Shown one piece after another: positions 31,472-41,790 of a DNA stretch of 64,000 bases. Location of the stretch: NCBI GenBank assembly GCA_902492995.1, contig CABUNR010000001.1, positions 1,580 through 65,579 on the forward strand. The letters are read 5' to 3'. A program made the translations under genes and the position numbers. The DNA is from an uncultured Bacillota bacterium (GTDB lineage: Bacteria; Bacillota_I; Bacilli_A; RF39; UBA660). The notes under the pieces were generated by a model, which ran no database searches, was not told where the DNA came from, and saw only the letters and a list, made by a program, of their open reading frames with translations. Within the stretch, counting starts at the first letter, position 1, and each line of letters opens with the position of its first letter.

Positions 31472-31879
31472 ATGAAAATATCAAGATTAAAAAAAATAAG
31501 ATTATTAGAAAAAGCTATATATATAGTAGGATATGCATTGATATTACTTATAATGTCAATGATATTCAAAGATACTATACAAATTGATAATAGTTATCTT
31601 GGAATATTTGGAATTTTAATATCATTAGTAATTTATATATTAAATAAAACAATTAAACCAATTATCGTAAAATTAACTATTCCAATAACAGGATTAACAT
31701 TAGGAATATTTTATCCATGCATAAATGTATTTATATTAAAAATAGTTGATTTTATATTTGGAAATCATCTAACTATAAAAGGATTTTTTCATCCATTTAT
31801 AATAGCAATTTTAATATCTATAATGAATATATTAATGGATGAAATTATAATTAAACCAATAATAAAGAAAGGAAAGTAA
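31472..31879 (+). CDS. small integral membrane protein, YvlD/DUF360 (holin-4-like) family
   Basis: 135 aa with ~4 TM segments. The size and topology resemble B. subtilis YvlD. Sequence recognition is weak. Confidence 0.45.
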   Translation: MKISRLKKIRLLEKAIYIVGYALILLIMSMIFKDTIQIDNSYLGIFGILISLVIYILNKTIKPIIVKLTIPITGLTLGIFYPCINVFILKIVDFIFGNHLTIKGFFHPFIIAILISIMNILMDEIIIKPIIKKGK

Positions 31880-31880
31880 T

Positions 31881-32657
31881 ATGAATCAAATATTTTTAAG
31901 AATAGGAAATATATATATTTACTGGTATTCAGTAATATTGTTATTTGCATTTATAATAGGATGTACATTAGTATTTAAAGAAGCAAAAGAAAAGAATATA
32001 AAAAAAGAAAAGATAGAAGACTTTCTTTTTTATACAATCCCAATATCATTAATAGGAGCAAGAATTTATTATGTTTTATTTAATTTAGATTATTATTTAA
32101 AGTATCCAGTTGATATTATAAAGGTATGGGAAGGTGGATTAGCTATCCATGGTGGAATAATAGCTGGATTTATATGTTTATTATATTTTTCTAAAAAAAA
32201 TAAAATTAAAATTATAAAAATGTTAGATATTTTGGTGATTGGACTTATAATTGGACAAATAATAGGTAGATGGGGAAATTTCATGAATGGTGAAGCATTT
32301 GGACCCGTAACTTCATTAGAGTTTTTAAAAAAAATTCATTTACCTAAATTCATTATAGATGGAATGTTCATTGAAGGAAAATATCATCATCCAACATTTT
32401 TATATGAATCTTTATGGAATTTAATGGGTTTAATAATTATCTTAGTAATTAAAAATACAAAAATTAATAAAGAAGGATTAGTAACATCAATATATTTAAT
32501 ATGGTATGGAATAGGTAGATTTTTAATAGAATCATTACGTACAGATAGTTTAATGTTTTTTAATATAAAAATAGCACAATTAGTATCAATTTTATTTATA
32601 ATAATAGGAATTATAGTATTTATTTATTACATAAAAAAAGGAGAAAAATATGAATGA
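31881..32657 (+). CDS. lgt: prolipoprotein diacylglyceryl transferase
   Basis: 258 aa containing GGLAIHGG and GRWGNFMNGEAFG. Confidence 0.93.
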   Translation: MNQIFLRIGNIYIYWYSVILLFAFIIGCTLVFKEAKEKNIKKEKIEDFLFYTIPISLIGARIYYVLFNLDYYLKYPVDIIKVWEGGLAIHGGIIAGFICLLYFSKKNKIKIIKMLDILVIGLIIGQIIGRWGNFMNGEAFGPVTSLEFLKKIHLPKFIIDGMFIEGKYHHPTFLYESLWNLMGLIIILVIKNTKINKEGLVTSIYLIWYGIGRFLIESLRTDSLMFFNIKIAQLVSILFIIIGIIVFIYYIKKGEKYE

Positions 32658-33543
32658 ATTGTATGATGTAATAATAATAGGAGCAGGAATATCAGGAATG
32701 ACATCAGCAATATATCTAAAAAGATATAATTTAAAAATATTATTATTAGAAAAAGAAATACCAGGAGGACAAATAACAAAAGCATCAACCATAGAAAATT
32801 ATCCAGGAATAATCAAAATAGATGGAACAGAATTTTCAAGTTCTTTATTAAATCAATTAAATAATTTAGGTATAAAAGTTAATTATGAAGAGGTAATAAA
32901 TATAAAAGATGAAAATAATATAAAAAAAGTAGAAACAAAAAGTAATAAATATCAAACAAAAAAAATAATAATAGCTACTGGTAGAAAACCTAAATCACTT
33001 AATATAGGAGAAGAAAAATATATAGGAAAAGGAATAAGTTATTGTGCTACGTGTGATGGAATGTTTTATAAAAATCAAAACGTAATTGTAATAGGTGGCG
33101 GAAATAGTGCCTTAGAAGAAAGTATTTATTTAAGTAATATTTGTAATCATGTAACTATTATAAATAGAAGCAATAAATTAAAAGCAGATGAATATCTAAA
33201 ACAACAAGTAGAAAATATAAAAAATATAGAAGTAATTTATAATGACGAAATAGAATTAATAAAGAGTCAAGAAGATAAAATAACAGGTATTAAGACAAAA
33301 AATAATAAACATCTAGAATGTAGTGCAATTTTTATATATATTGGTCTTATTCCTAATATAATTGATATAAAAAATTTAAATCAAGAAAATGGATATATAA
33401 TAGTTGATAAAAATGAGCAAACAAATATAAAAGGAATATATGCTGTTGGAGATGTTATAAAAAAAGAATTATATCAATTAATTACAGCAGCATCAGAAGG
33501 AGCAATTGCTGCAAATCATATAAAAAAAGAGTTGACTCTTTAA
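32650..33543 (+). CDS. trxB: thioredoxin-disulfide reductase
   Basis: 297 aa with GAGISG (FAD), redox-active CATCDG and GGGNSA (NADPH). Confidence 0.92.
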   Translation: MNELYDVIIIGAGISGMTSAIYLKRYNLKILLLEKEIPGGQITKASTIENYPGIIKIDGTEFSSSLLNQLNNLGIKVNYEEVINIKDENNIKKVETKSNKYQTKKIIIATGRKPKSLNIGEEKYIGKGISYCATCDGMFYKNQNVIVIGGGNSALEESIYLSNICNHVTIINRSNKLKADEYLKQQVENIKNIEVIYNDEIELIKSQEDKITGIKTKNNKHLECSAIFIYIGLIPNIIDIKNLNQENGYIIVDKNEQTNIKGIYAVGDVIKKELYQLITAASEGAIAANHIKKELTL

Positions 33544-33604
33544 TAAAATTGATAAAAAAGTTCAAAAAACTTTTTTTTAATAGTATAATTAAATAGGTGG
33601 TAAC

Positions 33605-34549
33605 ATGAAAAAAGTAGTAATACTAGGTGGAGGAACTGGAATGTCAACACTACTTAGTGGTTTAAAAAATTTTCCTGTTGAAATAACTGCAATAGTATCA
33701 GTATGTGATGACGGTTCAAGTACAGGAAGACTTAGAGAAGAATTTAAAATACCGGCAATGGGAGATATAAGAAAAGTGTTAGTATCATTATCAGAAACAG
33801 AACCATTAGTAGAGAAACTATTAAATTATAGATTTAAAACAAAAAGTGATTTGAATGGCCATACAATTGGGAATTTACTTTTAACAGCAACTTCTAATAT
33901 GACTGGAAATATGAAAGATGGAATAGATGTGTTGTCAAAAATTTTAAATTTAAAAGGAAGAGTATTACCTTTAACCGAAGATAATGTTGTATTAATAGGA
34001 GAAATGACAGATGGTGAAAAAGTAGTAGGAGAGCATAATATTACAGGTATAAATAAAAGAATAAAAAAAGTATATTATATGGAAGAACCAAAAATATGTG
34101 AAGAAGTAAAAAATTCAATTGAAACAGCAGATTTAATAATACTTAGTATGGGAAGTTTATATACAAGTATTATTCCAAATTTAATATGTAGAGAGATAAT
34201 TAAATCATTAGATAAATCAAGTAAAAAAATAATGTATGTATGTAATATGGTAACACAACCAGGTGAAACAGATAATATGAAAACAAGTGATCATCTAAAA
34301 ATAATAAATGATTATTTAGGCAAACATAAAATAGATGTTGTTATTGCAAATAATGGAATAATTAGTCATGAAATAGCTACAAAATATGCAACATTAGAAC
34401 AAAAAGATCCTGTAATATTAGATAGAAATGAAATAAATAATATGAATACAGAATTAATAGAAAATAATTATGTAACAATAAAAGATGATGTTATTAGACA
34501 TAATGTAGAAAAATTGTCACTAGATATATATTCATATTTAGTAAAATAA
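33605..34549 (+). CDS. yvcK: gluconeogenesis factor YvcK/GlmR (CofD-like, UPF0052)
   Basis: 314 aa with VVILGGGTG and GDIRK motifs. Lies directly upstream of whiA, as in Bacillus. Confidence 0.88.
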   Translation: MKKVVILGGGTGMSTLLSGLKNFPVEITAIVSVCDDGSSTGRLREEFKIPAMGDIRKVLVSLSETEPLVEKLLNYRFKTKSDLNGHTIGNLLLTATSNMTGNMKDGIDVLSKILNLKGRVLPLTEDNVVLIGEMTDGEKVVGEHNITGINKRIKKVYYMEEPKICEEVKNSIETADLIILSMGSLYTSIIPNLICREIIKSLDKSSKKIMYVCNMVTQPGETDNMKTSDHLKIINDYLGKHKIDVVIANNGIISHEIATKYATLEQKDPVILDRNEINNMNTELIENNYVTIKDDVIRHNVEKLSLDIYSYLVK

Positions 34550-34608
34550 TAATTCTTATTAGAGTTTAAAAAACTCTTTTTTTATAGTATAATTAAATTG
34601 GTGATAAA

Positions 34609-35517
34609 ATGTCATTTACAAGCATAGTAAAAAATGAATTAAGTAAATTTGAATTAGATGAAATAGAAAAAATAACAGAATTGTCAGCACTTATAAAAAA
34701 TACAAATATATCAGATACAAATATAAAAATAATAACAGAAAATGCAAGTGTAGCAAGATGTATATTTAAATTTATAAGAGAATTATTTAATATCAATGCA
34801 AAAATAACTGTTAGACGAGGTTATAATTTTAATAAAAAATATATTTATATATTAGAACTAAATAAAAAAGAACAAGAAATAAAAAATAAATTATCTTTAA
34901 TAAAGGAACTACCAGAAAGATATATATATGAAGAAGATGAATTAAAAAGAATCTATTTAAGAGGTGTTTTCTTAGGAAGTGGCAGTATAAATGATCCAAA
35001 AAAATCAAGATATCATTTAGAATTTACATTACAAACAAAAGAATATGCAGATTTTATTTGTAAATTACTTAACGAATATAGATTAAATAGTAAAGTTATA
35101 AAAAGAGAAAATAAATATATGGTTTACATAAAAGAAGCAGAAAAGATAAGTGATTTTTTAAGAATAATAAAAGCTATAAATGCAGTATTTTATTATGAAG
35201 ATATAAGAATATATAGAGATCATAAAAATATGACAAATAGATTAAATAATTGTGAACAAGCAAATGTAGATAAAATAATAGAAACTGCTAATAACCAATT
35301 AAAAGATATAAAAATTATAGAAGAAAATGATGCTTTAAATCTTTTAGATGACAAAACAAAAGAAACCATAAATTATAGAAAAAAATATCCAGAAGTTTCA
35401 TTAACAGAATTAAGTGAAATAATAACGATGGAAACAGGTAATAAAATAACAAAATCAGGCATATATCACAGAATAAACAAAATAAAAAATTTAGCTCAAA
35501 AAATAAGAGATAAATAA
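34609..35517 (+). CDS. whiA: sporulation/cell-division regulator WhiA
   Basis: 302 aa with an MSFT..VK.EL N-terminus, a LAGLIDADG-like middle (RGVFLGSGSINDP) and a C-terminal HTH. Synteny after yvcK supports the call. Confidence 0.9.
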   Translation: MSFTSIVKNELSKFELDEIEKITELSALIKNTNISDTNIKIITENASVARCIFKFIRELFNINAKITVRRGYNFNKKYIYILELNKKEQEIKNKLSLIKELPERYIYEEDELKRIYLRGVFLGSGSINDPKKSRYHLEFTLQTKEYADFICKLLNEYRLNSKVIKRENKYMVYIKEAEKISDFLRIIKAINAVFYYEDIRIYRDHKNMTNRLNNCEQANVDKIIETANNQLKDIKIIEENDALNLLDDKTKETINYRKKYPEVSLTELSEIITMETGNKITKSGIYHRINKIKNLAQKIRDK

Positions 35518-35569
35518 CTAGAAAAATAAAAATAAATTTAGTATAATAAAAAGTTGAGAAGGAGATAAC

Positions 35570-36013
35570 ATGAAAGTAATATTATTAAAAAATGTAAAAG
35601 GACAAGGAAAAAAGGATGAAATAATAGAAGTAAGTGATGGATATGCAACTAATTTTTTAATTAACAAAAAATTAGCAGTTAAAGCAACTGAAAGTAATAT
35701 AAAAAAATTAAATAACGTTATTCAAACAAGAAAATTAGAAGAAAACCTATTAATAGGTGAAATGAAAAATTTAAAAAAAGAACTTGAAAAAATTACTTTA
35801 AAATTTAAAGTAAAAACAGGAACAGCAGATAAAATGTTTGGACAAATATCTGCAAAACAAATAAAAAAAGAATTAGAAAATAAAGGATATAATATAGAAA
35901 AAACAAAAATATTATTAGAAAATCCAATAACTAGTTTAGGTTTTCATAATGTAGATATAGAATTGCATAAAGAGGTAAAAGCAACAATTAAAGTAAATGT
36001 AAGTAAGGAATAG
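35570..36013 (+). CDS. rplI: 50S ribosomal protein L9
   Basis: 147 aa. [30 protein letters not shown] is a typical L9 N-terminus. Confidence 0.95.
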   Translation: MKVILLKNVKGQGKKDEIIEVSDGYATNFLINKKLAVKATESNIKKLNNVIQTRKLEENLLIGEMKNLKKELEKITLKFKVKTGTADKMFGQISAKQIKKELENKGYNIEKTKILLENPITSLGFHNVDIELHKEVKATIKVNVSKE

Positions 36014-36020
36014 TGATATA

Positions 36021-37367
36021 ATGAACACAAAAGTAATGCCAAATGACATAATTGCCGAACAATGTGTACTTGGATCAATGTTTTTTAGCAAAAAAGCATT
36101 ACAAACATGTATTGAATCATTAAATAAAGATTTATTTTATGATGATAGACATGCTAAAATATTTGAATGTATAAAAGATTTAGCAGAAGCAGGAAAACCA
36201 ATTGATTTAACTATAGTAACATCGGAACTTAATAACCGAAAACAATTAGTTAATGTAGGTGGAGTAGAATATCTAAGTGAATTAACAACAATAGTACCAA
36301 GTGCTGCTAATGTAGAAGAATATATAAAAATAGTAGAAGAAAAGGCAATAAGAAGAAGATTAATAGAAACAGCTATTGCTATAGAAACAGACGGATATAA
36401 TTGGCAAGATTCAGTAAATGAATTATTAGATAAATCTGAAAAAAATATGATGAATTTATCTAAATCAAGAAATGGTAGTGAATTTAGACCAATTCAAGAA
36501 GTATTATTTAAAACACAAGCTAATCTAGAAAAATTATCAGAAACAAAAGGAGATATAACAGGAATTCCAACAGGTTTTTATGATTTAGATAAACTTACAA
36601 GTGGTCTTCATGAAAGTCAATTAATAATAATTGCTGCAAGACCAGCAATGGGAAAAACAGCATTTGCACTTAATTTAGTTACAAATGTAGCTATGAATAC
36701 AGGAAAAAAAGTAGCACTATTTAACCTAGAAATGGGAGCAGAACAACTTGCTATGCGTATGTTATCATCAGCAGGGCAAATAAATGGTGTTAATTTAGCT
36801 AAAGGAAAATTAGAACATAATGATTGGAAAAGAGTAAATGAAGCAATTTCACGCCTAGCAGAAACAAATATTTATATAGATGATACACCGGGTATAACAA
36901 TAGGAGAAATTAGAGCAAAAGCAAGAAGACTTGCAGCAGAAGGAGATTTAGCTATGGTTTTAATAGATTATCTTCAATTAATAAGCATTGACTCAAAATA
37001 CGCTGGAAACCGTCAACAAGAAATTTCAGAAATTTCCAGAAGTTTAAAAACACTTGCAATGGAACTTAAAATACCAGTTGTTGCCTTAGCACAACTTTCA
37101 CGTTCCGTAGATTCAAGAGATGATAAAAGACCAATTCTAAGTGATTTAAGGGAATCCGGTTCAATAGAACAAGATGCAGATATAGTAGCATTTTTATATA
37201 GAGATGACTATTATAATAAAGAATCTGCTATAGATGAAAATACAAGTAAAAGTGAATTTATTATAAGAAAACATCGTAATGGCCCAACAGCAACTATAGA
37301 TTTAATATTTAAAAGAGATACTAGTACATTTGTAAACTTTATAAATAAAGAAGCACCAGCAGAATAA
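36021..37367 (+). CDS. dnaB: replicative DNA helicase (DnaB family; DnaC in B. subtilis)
   Basis: 448 aa with Walker A ARPAMGKTAFALN, DYLQLI and SRSVDSR. Confidence 0.95.
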   Translation: MNTKVMPNDIIAEQCVLGSMFFSKKALQTCIESLNKDLFYDDRHAKIFECIKDLAEAGKPIDLTIVTSELNNRKQLVNVGGVEYLSELTTIVPSAANVEEYIKIVEEKAIRRRLIETAIAIETDGYNWQDSVNELLDKSEKNMMNLSKSRNGSEFRPIQEVLFKTQANLEKLSETKGDITGIPTGFYDLDKLTSGLHESQLIIIAARPAMGKTAFALNLVTNVAMNTGKKVALFNLEMGAEQLAMRMLSSAGQINGVNLAKGKLEHNDWKRVNEAISRLAETNIYIDDTPGITIGEIRAKARRLAAEGDLAMVLIDYLQLISIDSKYAGNRQQEISEISRSLKTLAMELKIPVVALAQLSRSVDSRDDKRPILSDLRESGSIEQDADIVAFLYRDDYYNKESAIDENTSKSEFIIRKHRNGPTATIDLIFKRDTSTFVNFINKEAPAE

Positions 37368-38116
37368 TGAAAGTATCAGTTTTAGCAAGTGGTTCAAAAG
37401 GAAATTGCTCATATATAGAAACCACTCATACAAAAATACTAGTAGACTTAGGAATGACAACATTATATGTAGAAAAAAAATTAGAAAGCCTTGGTATAAA
37501 TGCTATAGACATAGATGGAATAATTTTAACTCATACACATGTAGATCATATAAATGGACTTAGAGTATTTACAAAAAAATACAATACTAAAGTATATTTA
37601 ACAGAAAAAATGTTAAAAGATATAAAAGAAATATATGATTTAAAAAATTATGAAATAATAAATGAAGATTTTAAAATCAAAGATTTAGAAATACAAATTA
37701 TAAAAACATCACATGATGCATCTGATTCGAATGGTTATATTTTTAAAGCAAATGATAAAACAATTAGTTATATAACTGATACAGGATATATAAATAAAAA
37801 ATATAAAGAAAAATTAGAAAATAAAAATATTTATATAATGGAAAGTAACCATGATATTAAAATGCTTCAAAATAGCAATAAACCATATTACTTAAAACAA
37901 AGAATATTAAGTGATAGAGGCCATTTATCAAATGAAATGTGTTCAAAATATTTAAAACAATATGTAGGAAAAGATACAAAAAAAATAATTTTAATTCACT
38001 TAAGTCATGAAAATAATACAGAGGAAAAAGCTCTTAATACATTAAAAGAAAATTTAAATTTTGATAATGTTATAATATCAAAACAAGATGAGAATACGGA
38101 GTTAATAGAAATATGA
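37367..38116 (+). CDS. MBL-fold metallo-hydrolase (YycJ/WalJ-like)
   Basis: 249 aa with the HTHVDH motif. Position next to rlmH matches B. subtilis yycJ-yydA. Confidence 0.8.
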   Translation: MKVSVLASGSKGNCSYIETTHTKILVDLGMTTLYVEKKLESLGINAIDIDGIILTHTHVDHINGLRVFTKKYNTKVYLTEKMLKDIKEIYDLKNYEIINEDFKIKDLEIQIIKTSHDASDSNGYIFKANDKTISYITDTGYINKKYKEKLENKNIYIMESNHDIKMLQNSNKPYYLKQRILSDRGHLSNEMCSKYLKQYVGKDTKKIILIHLSHENNTEEKALNTLKENLNFDNVIISKQDENTELIEI

Positions 38117-38568
38117 TAAAAATAATATGTGTAGGAAAAATAAAAGAAAAATATTTAAAAGATGCCATATCAGAATATCAAAAACGATTATCAAAATATA
38201 CAAAATTAGAAATAATAGAATTACAAGATATTAATAACAATAATATAAATATAATATTAGAAAAAGAAAAAGAACTAATATTAAAAGCAATAACAGAAAA
38301 AGATTATATAATAACATTAGAAATAGAAGGTCAAGAACTAACAAGTGATGAATTAGCAAGCAAAATAGATAATATATTCCTTCAAAATTCAAATATAACA
38401 TTTATAATAGGTGGATCATATGGATTACATAAAGAAATTAAAAATTTAAGTAATTTTAAACTATCATTTTCTAAATTAACATTTCCACATCAATTATTTA
38501 GAGTAATATTGTTAGAACAAATTTATAGATCATATAAAATATTAAATAATGAATCTTATCATAAATAG
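38113..38568 (+). CDS. rlmH: 23S rRNA (pseudouridine1915-N3)-methyltransferase RlmH
   Basis: 151 aa of the SPOUT family, starting MIKIICVGKIKEKYLKDAI..Y.KRL. Confidence 0.9.
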   Translation: MIKIICVGKIKEKYLKDAISEYQKRLSKYTKLEIIELQDINNNNINIILEKEKELILKAITEKDYIITLEIEGQELTSDELASKIDNIFLQNSNITFIIGGSYGLHKEIKNLSNFKLSFSKLTFPHQLFRVILLEQIYRSYKILNNESYHK

Positions 38569-38618
38569 TTGAAAAAACTATTTTTTTTTGATATTATTTT
38601 TATAGTAGGTGAATAGTA

Positions 38619-39737
38619 ATGAATAAAGAAATTTTAGTAGAATATGTAAATTTATATAATATGTATAAAACAAATCCAAATATAGTATATACAAAAGAAC
38701 AATTAGATATAATAAATAAAGTTCAAAGTGCAAGAAAAAATGATGTTTTATTAAATGATTTAATCTCAAAAATAATGTCATCACCTGAAACTAATTGGTT
38801 ACAAATGATTAATGAATATTTTATAAAAGAAGCTCCACAAAAAAAAGAAGAAGAAGTAATATCAGAAACATTTGGAATAGACATAAGTAAAATAGAACAT
38901 AAATATCTTGAAAATGGAAAAGAAATATTTAAATTTTATGATTCAAAATTAGGAAGAGATGTAATATTAGAAAATAAAAAAGATGGATTATCATTAGTAG
39001 AACAATTAAAACAAATGCAATTGGAAAATAATGCATATCAAACAGCAAATAATGAAAAAAATACAATGAATATGTTAGATGAGCGAAGAAAACAAGATAA
39101 TATTGAAATGTCTATTATTCCAATCAATGAAGTAGAAAATCATATGAATGAACTACAAAATATGAAGGTAGAAGATATGCAAAAATTAAATTTTTTAATT
39201 AAGAATGCATCCGTTTTAGGAATTACATCAATTAATATAGAAAACTTATTTGGAATAGATCAAACAGGAAAAATATTAGAAGTTAAGCATGATAAAGAAA
39301 AAAATATTTATACTATTGAAGAACCAAAACAAGCAGTATATAGTAGTGAAAATATAAATGTAGCAGATAAATTAAATGAAAATATAAACCCATCTGAACA
39401 AACTAATATGGTGCAAAATGAGTATGAAGATAAACCAAGAACAATAGAAGAATTTGATAATTTGCCAGAAGAAACAAAAAATCAAATAAAAAAATATAAT
39501 GAATATCCAGAATTACTTGAAATGTTACCAGAAGAAGAAAGAAAACAATGGCAAGAATATATTGAGTTATATAATAAAATAGAACAAGAAAAACAACAAT
39601 CTATAAAAGATACTCCAAAGAAAAAAATATATAAAAAACAAGAAACAGGTTTTGCAGATGTCTTATTATTATCATTAATAACCGGTTTTTTAGGAGGAGT
39701 ACTTACAACATTAATTATGATTTTAACACAAAAATAA
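38619..39737 (+). CDS. hypothetical tail-anchored membrane protein (372 aa)
   Basis: A long E/K/N-rich soluble region with a single C-terminal TM (FADVLLLSLITGFLGGVLTTLIMIL). No family recognised. Confidence 0.5.
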   Translation: MNKEILVEYVNLYNMYKTNPNIVYTKEQLDIINKVQSARKNDVLLNDLISKIMSSPETNWLQMINEYFIKEAPQKKEEEVISETFGIDISKIEHKYLENGKEIFKFYDSKLGRDVILENKKDGLSLVEQLKQMQLENNAYQTANNEKNTMNMLDERRKQDNIEMSIIPINEVENHMNELQNMKVEDMQKLNFLIKNASVLGITSINIENLFGIDQTGKILEVKHDKEKNIYTIEEPKQAVYSSENINVADKLNENINPSEQTNMVQNEYEDKPRTIEEFDNLPEETKNQIKKYNEYPELLEMLPEEERKQWQEYIELYNKIEQEKQQSIKDTPKKKIYKKQETGFADVLLLSLITGFLGGVLTTLIMILTQK

Positions 39738-39786
39738 TGAATAAAAATAAAAATAATCGCCACTATTAAATAGGAGGCGATTTTAT

Positions 39787-40323
39787 ATGAAAAAAATCAC
39801 AATAATCATATCATTAATAATTATAATGACATTTTTAATAAATATGAAAAAAGTAAATTCAAAAAATATAATAATACCAAAAGAAGCAATTAGATTAAGA
39901 GTACTTGCAAATTCTAATGAAGAAATAGACCAAAAAATAAAAATGAAATTAAGTATTGAATTACAAAAAAATATTTCAGAAATATTAAAAGATACAAAAA
40001 CAGTAGAAGAAGCAAGAAATCAAATAAAAAATAATATACAAATTTTAAATATGAAAGTAAAAGATGTATTACAAAAAGAAAAATATGATAAAAAATTTAC
40101 AATAACATTTGGAAATACCTTTTTTCCAGAAAAAAAATATAATGGAGTAATATATGAACAAGGATATTATGAATCGGTTTTAGTTACTTTAGGAGAAGGA
40201 AAAGGAAAAAATTGGTGGTGTGTACTATTTCCACCATTATGTATAATGGAAGCAAATGAAAATGAAACGGGAGAAGTAGAATATAAATTTTTTGTTCAAG
40301 AATTAATAAATAAATATTTCTAG
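39787..40323 (+). CDS. spoIIR: stage II sporulation protein R
   Basis: 178 aa with a signal anchor, IRLRVLANSN and NWWCVLFPPLC. Confidence 0.9.
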   Translation: MKKITIIISLIIIMTFLINMKKVNSKNIIIPKEAIRLRVLANSNEEIDQKIKMKLSIELQKNISEILKDTKTVEEARNQIKNNIQILNMKVKDVLQKEKYDKKFTITFGNTFFPEKKYNGVIYEQGYYESVLVTLGEGKGKNWWCVLFPPLCIMEANENETGEVEYKFFVQELINKYF

Positions 40324-40368
40324 TCTAAAATAAAAAACCACTAATAAAATAAATTAGGAGGTTTTTTT

Positions 40369-40899
40369 ATGGAAATATTAACTATTATCATAATTGCAAT
40401 TAGTTTAAGTATGGATGCTTTTTCATTATCTCTTTTATATGGAACTTTAAACATTAGAAAAAAGGATATATTAATTTTATCAACGGTAGTTGGATTATAT
40501 CATTTTATAATGCCTCAAATAGGAAATTTATTTGGTAAAATTCTTTTAGATATATTACCATTAAAACCAAATATTATAGTATTTATAGTATTATTTATAA
40601 TTGGTCTTCAAATGATCTTAGAAACATTTAAAGAAGAAAAAAATCTTAAAATTTTAAAATTTAAAGAAATATTATTATTTGGTTTAGCAGTCAGTCTTGA
40701 TAGTTTTTCAATGGGGATAGGTGTTAAAACAATATATAAATCAGTTATAGTATCATCATTTTTGTTTATGATAACTAGTTTTATATTTACATATATAGGT
40801 TTAAATCTTGGAAAAAAAATAAATGACATAGTAGGAAAAATATCAACAATGTTAGGTGGAATAATATTGATGATAATAGGTTTGTTATATCTTATATAA
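40369..40899 (+). CDS. DUF204 membrane protein (MntP / sporulation YtaF-like)
   Basis: 176 aa containing two DUF204 half-repeats (SLSMDAFSLS and AVSLDSFSMG). Confidence 0.7.
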   Translation: MEILTIIIIAISLSMDAFSLSLLYGTLNIRKKDILILSTVVGLYHFIMPQIGNLFGKILLDILPLKPNIIVFIVLFIIGLQMILETFKEEKNLKILKFKEILLFGLAVSLDSFSMGIGVKTIYKSVIVSSFLFMITSFIFTYIGLNLGKKINDIVGKISTMLGGIILMIIGLLYLI

Positions 40900-40944
40900 C
40901 TTTACAAATAATAAAAAAAAATATATAATTATTATGGTGATATC

Positions 40945-41772
40945 ATGATAGTAAACGGGAAAAAATTATTAGAAAAAGCCAAAAAAAATAAAACTGCTAT
41001 CCCACAATTTAATATAAATAATTTAGAGTGGACTAAATATATATTAGAAGAATGTAATATAAATAATTCACCAGTAATAATTGGTGTAACAGAAAAAACA
41101 ATAGATTATATGGGTGGCTATGAAGTAGTAGCAAATATAATAAAGAATTTAGATAAAAGTTTAAATATAAAAGTGCCAATTGTAATTCATCTTGATCATG
41201 GAACAAGTTTTGAATCATGTAAAACAGCAATAGAAAATGGATTTACATCTGTTATGATAGATGCATCTAAATTACCATTAGAAGAAAATATAAAACTAAC
41301 AAAAAAAGTAGTAGAATATGCAGAAAAATATACAGTAACAGTAGAAGCTGAATTAGGAAGTATAGGAGAAAATAAAAATTTATACACAAATTTATCTGAT
41401 GCTATAACATTTGTAAATAAGACAAAAATAGATTCATTTGCTCCTGCTATAGGAAACGTTCATGAAATTTATAAAGATCCAATATCTATAGATTTAAATT
41501 TACTAGAAGATTTAAATAAAAATATAAATATCCCAATAGTATTACATGGTGCATCGGGAATAAATAATAAATTATTGGAAGAATTAATAAATATAGGAAT
41601 AAATAAAGTAAATATTAATACAGAATTACAAATAGCATGGTCAAATGAATTAAAAAAATTCTTAAGTACAAATGGAACAATATATGATCCAAGAAAGATA
41701 ATAGGATCTGGTGAAAAAGAGATAAAAAGAATTATAAAAGAAAAAATAGAATTACTAAAATCCAATTTATAA
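40945..41772 (+). CDS. fba: class II fructose-bisphosphate (ketose-bisphosphate) aldolase
   Basis: 275 aa with the HLDHG motif and LHGASG. Confidence 0.85.
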   Translation: MIVNGKKLLEKAKKNKTAIPQFNINNLEWTKYILEECNINNSPVIIGVTEKTIDYMGGYEVVANIIKNLDKSLNIKVPIVIHLDHGTSFESCKTAIENGFTSVMIDASKLPLEENIKLTKKVVEYAEKYTVTVEAELGSIGENKNLYTNLSDAITFVNKTKIDSFAPAIGNVHEIYKDPISIDLNLLEDLNKNINIPIVLHGASGINNKLLEELINIGINKVNINTELQIAWSNELKKFLSTNGTIYDPRKIIGSGEKEIKRIIKEKIELLKSNL

Positions 41773-41790
41773 ACAAGCGGGAGGATTAAA

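Noticed and set aside
40324-40368. yybP-ykoY manganese riboswitch upstream of the MntP/YtaF-like DUF204 gene
   Set aside because: The intergenic region is only ~45 nt and lacks the conserved four-way junction sequences. It is too short for the riboswitch.
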